DNA of 24,633 bases, taken from IMG/VR virus record IMGVR_UViG_3300014205_000193; one strand, 5' to 3'. The notes beneath the pieces are model-generated. The model was given only the letters and a program-made list of their open reading frames with translations, did no database searches and was not told where the DNA came from. A program made the translations under genes and the position numbers. Of the stretch, positions 14,304 to 21,664 are shown one piece after another; positions within the stretch are counted from its first letter, which is position 1, and each line of letters begins with the position of its first letter. Origin of the DNA: a virus. Taxonomy: Duplodnaviria; Heunggongvirae; Uroviricota; Caudoviricetes.

Positions 14304-16489
14304 TCGGTTACCCTTATGGTAGATATATCATTTTCAATTTCTACGATAATACGGTCTTCAAAGAAGTCTTTTAGGAAATCATTATGACTAATAATGAGCT
14401 TCTGCCCTGGCAAGGTGTCTAATAGTCCGATTAACTCCCGGAGGCCGGATTCATCTAACGCATCTGCTATTTCATCTAGGAAGAAGAAGTCAAACACATT
14501 ATTGCCACGCTCTTTAGTCAGTTCTCGTAGGGCCATGCCTACGCAGCTGCCGATACGACCTCGCTGACCTTTGGACATCAAACCATATGGAAGGGGTTCT
14601 TTGCCGTCTTTAAACACTTCTACATTGAATTCTTCTTTAAATGCCCGACCTTCCAGACGGTCTTTTTTAGAAACCTTAGCTTTTTCTTTTTGCGTATCAA
14701 AACTAACTCTTAAATTAACCTTCAACCGCTCAAGATAACTATTTACCAGTACTTCAAAGTCAGGTAAAAATTGGTCTATGATGTCTAACTTTAATTGTCT
14801 GAAGCCTAGTTCCCAGAAACCATACATTTCAGCTTGTCGGCGTTCCTCCATTAAGAGGATGTTGGTGTCTGCAACTTCTTTTTTCAGGGTGTCTAAGTTT
14901 CGCAGGTGTTCCTCATACTGTCCGATTTGTTTATTGGTCTGCGCTTCTTGATCTTTTAGACCATCCATGTCTACTGTAGCCTGTTGCGCATTGAAGGAAG
15001 GGTCACCTAGTGTGAGCAACTGTTGTTCTAACGCAGCTATAGCAGTCTTCAACTCACCTATTTGCGTCTGTGCATTTGTTGATATTGTTTCGAAACTCTT
15101 ACCTATCTCAGCATTGCGTGCGACTAACCGGGTTATTTCCTGTTGTAGTGTTTCTAATGGTTGTAGTACGGCCAGCGCACTACGAGCACTGACAGCGGCG
15201 GATATAGTCATATTGTTGCCGGTATTACGTTCCCGCAGTTTTGTTAGTGCTTCTTTGTTGGTGTTAACTTCCTGAACAATGACACCTCGTCCCTGTTCTA
15301 GTTGAGCTAACTCTTTTGATAAGGCGTCAATGTCTACATGTAATAGGGTGTTATCCTGCAACATTACCGCAGTATTACACTGAGGACAGGTAAGGTGGTT
15401 TGCTAATTGGTTACGAACCTGTTTAATTTCCGCGTCAGATACCGCAGCTTTCTGATTTAATGTCTGGGTATTTGTTTCTACTTGTTGTATTTGCAAGACC
15501 AGAGTTTTATTGTCTTCAGTAGCTGTTTTTTCTTCTGCATTTTTGGTCTCAACATCCTTTGCTGTTTTAACATACAATTCTATTTTTGTTTGCTGGTCTA
15601 TCTGTATACGTGCATTATTTGCATATTCTAATTCCAAGGCGTCAAATTGGGCTTTAAAGGATTCTTTTAGAGCCGTCATTGTTTGCTGCTTTTGTTCCAG
15701 GGTGCTCTTGGCCATCTGCCGATCATTATTTGCCATGATTCTACTGGATAAATCTAACATCTGTTTTTGTATACGCAGCATGTAGTCTTGTAAGGCCACC
15801 AAAGAGTCTTTTGCTCCTTGTTCTGGGTTTGCCTTTAGATACTCTTCCTTGGATTGTATTGTGGCGGCTAAAGTTTCCGCTTTGTTTGTAATTTCAGTTC
15901 GTTTATTTTTAGCTTGCTCAGATGCGGAGGTATACCTTTTTAAACTAAGGAATCTCTCAACCAACATGAAGCGCTCTTTACTGCTGGTCTTCTTACCCAT
16001 AAATCCCTTAGTCACATCGCTACTAAAATATACGGTGTTTACAAAATCTGTGATGTATTCAGAGGCTTTCAGCTTATTTGATATTTGGAGATATTTCAAA
16101 ATTTCAGCCTGAGTCTGCTCATCTGTAAGAGCTGTTTTATCTTCTCCATCATATGTAAGCGTTAAGAACTTACGTTTACCGGCACCCCGACCTCGACTAA
16201 TAGATAGTGTGTGGTCATTATCAACTAATGCTACAGAACCGCTACACCAACTTTGACCCTGGCGTATAATGGCATCTACGTTCTCTTCTTGAAATACCTC
16301 TCCGAAGATAAGCCAGAAGATACTGTTAAGTATATTTGATTTTCCTGCACCATTACTATCTGAGCCGGGGTCATCCAAGTTGCGACCTACTATGAGCATA
16401 CGCACGGCATCACCTTCATATTGAAATGTGCATTGAGTGCCTTCGCCAAAGCTATAGACATTATTAAGAAGTAGATTTTTAAGTCTCAT
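14300..16489 (-). CDS. sbcC: SbcC/Rad50-like (T4 gp46-like) SMC ATPase
   Basis: Walker A SNGAGKS, long coiled coils, central CPQC zinc hook, signature MSKGQ, Walker B FFFLDEIADALD, ISH. Confidence 0.93.
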   Translation of the reverse strand: MRLKNLLLNNVYSFGEGTQCTFQYEGDAVRMLIVGRNLDDPGSDSNGAGKSNILNSIFWLIFGEVFQEENVDAIIRQGQSWCSGSVALVDNDHTLSISRGRGAGKRKFLTLTYDGEDKTALTDEQTQAEILKYLQISNKLKASEYITDFVNTVYFSSDVTKGFMGKKTSSKERFMLVERFLSLKRYTSASEQAKNKRTEITNKAETLAATIQSKEEYLKANPEQGAKDSLVALQDYMLRIQKQMLDLSSRIMANNDRQMAKSTLEQKQQTMTALKESFKAQFDALELEYANNARIQIDQQTKIELYVKTAKDVETKNAEEKTATEDNKTLVLQIQQVETNTQTLNQKAAVSDAEIKQVRNQLANHLTCPQCNTAVMLQDNTLLHVDIDALSKELAQLEQGRGVIVQEVNTNKEALTKLRERNTGNNMTISAAVSARSALAVLQPLETLQQEITRLVARNAEIGKSFETISTNAQTQIGELKTAIAALEQQLLTLGDPSFNAQQATVDMDGLKDQEAQTNKQIGQYEEHLRNLDTLKKEVADTNILLMEERRQAEMYGFWELGFRQLKLDIIDQFLPDFEVLVNSYLERLKVNLRVSFDTQKEKAKVSKKDRLEGRAFKEEFNVEVFKDGKEPLPYGLMSKGQRGRIGSCVGMALRELTKERGNNVFDFFFLDEIADALDESGLRELIGLLDTLPGQKLIISHNDFLKDFFEDRIIVEIENDISTIRVTE

Positions 16490-17661
16490 AGATCAATCTC
16501 CTGCGCTTGCTTAGCTAATAATAACCCAACTTCTAAATACTCTTTACCTTTATTTTTAGCCGTAACCAGTGCATGCACTCTATCCACCATATTGGTGGTA
16601 ACCAATTCAGTAGGTTTGCGGTCGGAGTCCCATACTTGATTCTCCATAACCACTCGGGTAGCCTGGGGGAATCTCCGTTTAAACCGCTGCTTGTCCAGGG
16701 AATCCAACCACTCTTTAGTACCTTGGAATACAAACTTGAGTAATATTCCAGGCTGCGTGAGATTCTCGGGGGGCGTAGTTTCCATATACAGATTATCGGG
16801 GTCATTTTCCGCAATAACTACTTGCTGCATGGATCGCTGAATAATCTCAATATAACGATGTTGAAACATGTTATCAGGGTCAGTAGTTATATCAAGAACA
16901 CCAAATATTTTACGATTACTTATTTCCCCGAAATCGCACTTAACAGATGAACCAATATAGGCCATGCCCGGTCTAAACTCTTGAAATTTATGTATATGTC
17001 CGAGCCACACATACTCGACCCCATCAAATAATGTTCGGTCTATGCCTTCTCGCATAATAACATTATCAGGAGCCAATTCTGCACCTTCTATCTCAAAATG
17101 TCCAAATAGTATAGCTGGCTTTTTGTCTGCCGTACATAAGTCAATAAACTGGCCTATTAGTTTTTCTCTATGTATAAAAGGCATATACATAACATTGATG
17201 CCAGGGCATGCTTCATACGTGTAGGCGTGCTTGTTAACAATGCGGATATTGTCACGAGCAATAAGGGCGTCTCCGGCAAAATTGAAAAATTCTCCGGTAG
17301 AGTCATGATTACCGATTAGGATGGTAACTTTTAGTTTGGCTTTAAGAACGGGCTGTAATTCTGTCCAGAGTAATCTTTTTAAATTTTCAGTTGGGTTAAC
17401 AGCATCAAATATATCACCTAAGATATCCACATGTGTAGCACCATTTTCTAGTGCGAAGGTTATGGCCTGTCGCAAAGCGGCTAACTTATCTTTTAAGCGT
17501 GTATTCAACCCATCTGATTCTATAACTCCTAAAGGGTCTGTACGCTTTAGATGTAAATCTCCGATAACAATATGTCGTTCAATAAAGCCGCCCTGGGGAA
17601 TAGCTTCTATTATCGCCTCTGAAGACGGCTGTACCTGTTTATTCTTAATACGTTTTGGCAT
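16486..17661 (-). CDS. sbcD: SbcD/Mre11-like (T4 gp47-like) metallophosphoesterase nuclease
   Basis: GDLH, GDIFD, GNHD, GHFE and GHIH motifs; coupled to sbcC. Confidence 0.93.
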   Translation of the reverse strand: MPKRIKNKQVQPSSEAIIEAIPQGGFIERHIVIGDLHLKRTDPLGVIESDGLNTRLKDKLAALRQAITFALENGATHVDILGDIFDAVNPTENLKRLLWTELQPVLKAKLKVTILIGNHDSTGEFFNFAGDALIARDNIRIVNKHAYTYEACPGINVMYMPFIHREKLIGQFIDLCTADKKPAILFGHFEIEGAELAPDNVIMREGIDRTLFDGVEYVWLGHIHKFQEFRPGMAYIGSSVKCDFGEISNRKIFGVLDITTDPDNMFQHRYIEIIQRSMQQVVIAENDPDNLYMETTPPENLTQPGILLKFVFQGTKEWLDSLDKQRFKRRFPQATRVVMENQVWDSDRKPTELVTTNMVDRVHALVTAKNKGKEYLEVGLLLAKQAQEIDL

Positions 17662-17696
17662 TTGACATCCCTTATTATTTTATTCAATACCAGTCA

Positions 17697-17912
17697 TTAA
17701 TCTCGTCGGGTTATACGACCTTTTGTTAGGTCGTAGGGTGACACATCTAACTGTACCTTATCTCCAGGTACTATCTTGATGAAATTCATCTTTATCTTAC
17801 CACTCAGATGTGCCATTACAGTAGAACCATTCTCCAGCTTTACCAGGAATGTCGCCCCTGGTTTAGCCTCCAGGATCTCTCCACGCAAATTTATATTTTC
17901 TGTTTTTGCCAT
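17697..17912 (-). CDS. infA: Translation initiation factor IF-1
   Basis: 71 aa; GEILEAKPGATFLVKLENG...AHLSGKIKMNFIKIVPGDKV...SPYDLTKGRITRR. Confidence 0.97.
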   Translation of the reverse strand: MAKTENINLRGEILEAKPGATFLVKLENGSTVMAHLSGKIKMNFIKIVPGDKVQLDVSPYDLTKGRITRRD

Positions 17913-17921
17913 ATCTACACT

Positions 17922-17950
17922 AACATAAGTAATAAATAAATTAAAAGCAA
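17922..17950 (-). promoter_or_regulatory. sigma70-type promoter TTGCTT-N17-TATGTT directly upstream of infA
   Basis: -35 at 17950-17945, -10 at 17927-17922, only 9 nt before the ATG. Confidence 0.6.
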
Positions 17951-17985
17951 CGAAAAAATAGTTATGTATTTGTTGTTACTCCTTT

Positions 17986-20481
17986 TTACTTTTTATCTTT
18001 TATGCCCCACTTTTGATACACATCCAAGTCCGCTCTAATTTTTACAGAGAAATCAGGATGTGGTTTTTGTTCCATGATCTCTTTCAATAATTTCTTAGTG
18101 GGATCTACATATTCATCGGGTGATTCAATGATGATACTATCGTATACGGTGAATAATAGGTGCACGGGTAGCTGGTGCTTTTTAATTGCCCACCATACAT
18201 TAATGAGTGCTCTGTTAGTTATATCTGATGCAGTGGCCTGGATGATTGAGTTAACCGCCTGACGTTTGGCTTCTGCCTTAGTGTCATCATCGAAGGAGTA
18301 AATGGAAGGTATACGCCGGATACGCCCAAAGATATTGACAACCTCACCATTCTGCTCTATCAATTTATGTATAGCATCAATCCATTTTTTACAATTGGCA
18401 AAGCGAGCAAAAAACTGCGCCATAAACAACTCTGCGTCTTTAATATCCATCCCATATTCCAGAGCGATAGATGCCGAGCCTCTGCCATAAAGTAAACCAA
18501 AAACCGTGCCCTTCGCAGCCTGGCGGCGGTCGGTAAAGGGTCCTGTTTTAGTGCCCTTCTGTTCTATTGAGTATGCACTCCAGAATTGTTCATAGGTATA
18601 CCCCAAAACTTCAGCAGCAACCAGACAATGTACGTCAATATCATCACTATCATACGCGCTGCGCAGCGCTTCCTCGTTGGCATAGTGAGCGAAACATCGG
18701 ACTTCAGCCTGCGATAAGTCTGCACAAACCAATTTATGTGCTGGAGGAGCTATAATAAGGCTCTTAATATCCTCTTCTCGGGGAATATTCATTAGGCCCT
18801 CGCTGGATAACCGCCCCGTAACGGTGCCAATAGTATTTATCGGGATATGCAGTCTATTATTAGCATCCAGCGATTCTATGAAACCTTCGATATATGTGGA
18901 ACGCATTTTACTACAGTGTCTGTAATCAATTATAAGCTGAGGAACTGCGTGACTACTTGATAGATCCTTTAATACTTTTTTATTGACTTGTTGTTGACCT
19001 GTGTCTGTCCGTGCGTTATGGCTCAGTCCTAATACAGAGAACAACACTTTTTGAACTTGCTGTGGTGATTCAGGGTCAAATTGACATCCGGCGTATTTAC
19101 ATGCTTCCTGTTTTATTGTGGCCATCTTTTCTAAATACACAGCAGATAACGCCTTTGCGCGTTCAACATCATACAACACACCATACCACTCCATATCTCT
19201 GATAATGTAATTGAGCGGGACGTAAAAGGCACTCATAAATTCCATATAGATAGGATTAGCAATAAACCATTGCCGCTGCTCCTTAGTTAAGCGATAAGTT
19301 GCGTCACAGTCACCGCAGCAGTAATTGCTGATAGTGCTAAGATATGCTTTTTCTGGGTGGCTAGCACCTCCTGTTTCAGATACCCATTGATCTTCATAGC
19401 CAAGTAAATCTGTAAACTTGTTTTTTAATTCTTTTAAACCATGACGACGGTTTTCATCCATGAGATATGCAGCGCACATGGTATCCCACTGTAGATTTTT
19501 TACATCTATCCCCTGCTCATATAACAAATCTCGCATATCAAATTTAGAGTTGTGTGCTGTTTTATACACCGTAGGGTCTTCTAAGAGTCCTTTAAGTTCA
19601 CTATATACTTCTTCAGCAGTAATATCTTTATCTTCCCAGAAGTCATATAACCCCACACCTATGTCAGGGCGTACAAGGAAGGGGACGTAGCAAGCCACGT
19701 CTACTTCCATACCAAAACCAATACCGAGTATTCTATCACTGATTTCAAGACCCTCTGTCTCAATATCAAAAGACATCACCTTACGTTTTTTTATAAAGCC
19801 CAGCATGTCTAGTAGCTTAGCTTTACTATCAATAAGTGTGTATTGATGTTCTAGGAATAGATTTTTATTATCTCGCATTTGTAATGCAAATTTTAAATGC
19901 TCTATAGTCTGTGTAGCTACAACGCTATTTATGCCACCATTACGCCAAATGTATGCCGGGTGCAGCGTTGGCATAATATAAGTCCTGTTTACTTTGTCAG
20001 ATATACCTTTGTATATGGATGGCACACCCATTCTCTCTGTTATTTTAGATACTCTGCCTTCTAAAGCACTTAAAGCAACACTACCTAAAGCAATAATTAT
20101 TTTAGGACGAATCTGTTGCAGTTCTTGCTGGAGATAACAGGAGCATGCCTTTATTTCATCTCGTTCTGGAGGCCTACTAAGAACATGCTGTGCAGGAGAG
20201 AATTTGTCCATGACTATTTTCCAAGGCCAGCATTTACAGACATTAGTGATATAAGTGTCTCTCCGGTCTATTCCCGCTGCTGCTAATAAAGTTTTAAGAT
20301 TATCACCCGCAGCGCCCGTAGCTATCTGACCCATCTTACTATCTAATTCATTAGGAGCCTCATTCACGATAACAATCGATGCATTAGGATTACCAGCCCC
20401 CAACACAATGTGAGTATTGGCTTGCGTATCCACACCTAACCTACAACGAGTACACGCAGTTATGTTAAGTACTGCACTCAT
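17986..20481 (-). CDS. polA: Family A DNA polymerase with 3'-5' exonuclease and N-terminal family-4-like uracil-DNA glycosylase domain; no 5'-3' exonuclease domain
   Basis: UDG: CTRC, YITNVCKC, RPP..DEIKAC, TLHPAY. Exo: FDIET, HNSKFD, YCCGD. Pol: DLSQAEVR, RQAAKGTVFGLLYG, TVYDS. Confidence 0.95.
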   Translation of the reverse strand: MSAVLNITACTRCRLGVDTQANTHIVLGAGNPNASIVIVNEAPNELDSKMGQIATGAAGDNLKTLLAAAGIDRRDTYITNVCKCWPWKIVMDKFSPAQHVLSRPPERDEIKACSCYLQQELQQIRPKIIIALGSVALSALEGRVSKITERMGVPSIYKGISDKVNRTYIMPTLHPAYIWRNGGINSVVATQTIEHLKFALQMRDNKNLFLEHQYTLIDSKAKLLDMLGFIKKRKVMSFDIETEGLEISDRILGIGFGMEVDVACYVPFLVRPDIGVGLYDFWEDKDITAEEVYSELKGLLEDPTVYKTAHNSKFDMRDLLYEQGIDVKNLQWDTMCAAYLMDENRRHGLKELKNKFTDLLGYEDQWVSETGGASHPEKAYLSTISNYCCGDCDATYRLTKEQRQWFIANPIYMEFMSAFYVPLNYIIRDMEWYGVLYDVERAKALSAVYLEKMATIKQEACKYAGCQFDPESPQQVQKVLFSVLGLSHNARTDTGQQQVNKKVLKDLSSSHAVPQLIIDYRHCSKMRSTYIEGFIESLDANNRLHIPINTIGTVTGRLSSEGLMNIPREEDIKSLIIAPPAHKLVCADLSQAEVRCFAHYANEEALRSAYDSDDIDVHCLVAAEVLGYTYEQFWSAYSIEQKGTKTGPFTDRRQAAKGTVFGLLYGRGSASIALEYGMDIKDAELFMAQFFARFANCKKWIDAIHKLIEQNGEVVNIFGRIRRIPSIYSFDDDTKAEAKRQAVNSIIQATASDITNRALINVWWAIKKHQLPVHLLFTVYDSIIIESPDEYVDPTKKLLKEIMEQKPHPDFSVKIRADLDVYQKWGIKDKK

Positions 20482-20483
20482 TG

Positions 20484-21653
20484 CTAGCGTTCCATAGGTA
20501 CAAAGAAATATGATTTCTCTTCAGTGTACACAGCAGCATACCTGATTGCTACTGACTTTGCCTTAGTGTTCAAAGTAGATATTAAAGTTATATCAGAACC
20601 CGCAGGGAATAGTTTACCGATCAACTCCAAATGTGTATGAGTAAATAACGCGCTGATTGTGTCACCAATACCATCAGGCATTGTGACTTGCGCATCGATG
20701 ATTGCCTCACCATCAGTACCGCCCTTAATATTGTGGCTTTTAATATGTAAACAGTTATCTCTATTATAACTAAGAAAATACTCATTAGATTCCACTATAC
20801 TGCGAAGTTCTTTTAACTTTACTTTAAAGTCATCCAAATTTATTACTGCCTTAATAACAGGTATAGTTAGTTTTCCTTCATAAGCCTGTTTGACATTATC
20901 TACTATTTGCATTAGGGATTCTTTTGGAAACTTCTCCGTCAGTATAGATTTATACAAGGTAACGTTATCAAATTTAAGAACAAACCGATCCCGCTGAGCT
21001 GTGAATCCTGGTTCTGCTTCTTTTACTTTTGTTTTAGCTAGACATGCAGAGAAGAGATCCGGGCAAAGCATTATATCTTCTACTCCCTCTCCAAAAACAC
21101 CACCAGCATGTATAAATAACCCACTGATCCTATCACTGGACATAATTGCAGTACCACTAAATAAGCTACCAGACATTGCTGCAACTGTTGAATTAGTAGT
21201 AATGCAGTCGGAGTCTGCCATATTCTTAAGTACTGTCTTTACATCTATATTGTATCCGAGCATCTGAACTTCTTGAGGGTCTTTTCGAGCGAGGCTGAAT
21301 AAAGACAACTCGTACCTTCGTTTGTTTTCACCTATGACTATTTTGCTACCATCTTCAATTAAGAAATTGACAACGGCGCCACTACCTTTAACAATGCTAT
21401 CCAATTTTTTAGTATTAACCATATAGACATTGTCTAAGTGTGCACCTATATCTCCCGCGAGAATAGTAATAGGTAGATTTTCAATAAGGACGCCATTGGC
21501 TTCATTGATGTTAGATAATGTCATGGTACCTGCCGATAGCACAAGCCCGGAAGTTTCAGAAGGCGTAGAACCGAAGGATTTTAAATTAGATACCTGCACG
21601 AGCATTGCTGTGGCCTGCTCAATTGTTTTTTTATCAACAGAAAACTTAATCAT
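20484..21653 (-). CDS. dnaN: Divergent DNA polymerase III beta-type sliding clamp (DnaN-like)
   Basis: 389 aa; MIKFSVDKKTI, YMVNTKKLDSIVKG, KIVIGENKRRYELS, SSDRISGL echo DnaN segments; lies between dnaX and the polymerase. Confidence 0.7.
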   Translation of the reverse strand: MIKFSVDKKTIEQATAMLVQVSNLKSFGSTPSETSGLVLSAGTMTLSNINEANGVLIENLPITILAGDIGAHLDNVYMVNTKKLDSIVKGSGAVVNFLIEDGSKIVIGENKRRYELSLFSLARKDPQEVQMLGYNIDVKTVLKNMADSDCITTNSTVAAMSGSLFSGTAIMSSDRISGLFIHAGGVFGEGVEDIMLCPDLFSACLAKTKVKEAEPGFTAQRDRFVLKFDNVTLYKSILTEKFPKESLMQIVDNVKQAYEGKLTIPVIKAVINLDDFKVKLKELRSIVESNEYFLSYNRDNCLHIKSHNIKGGTDGEAIIDAQVTMPDGIGDTISALFTHTHLELIGKLFPAGSDITLISTLNTKAKSVAIRYAAVYTEEKSYFFVPMER

Positions 21654-21664
21654 GCGAACTCCTG

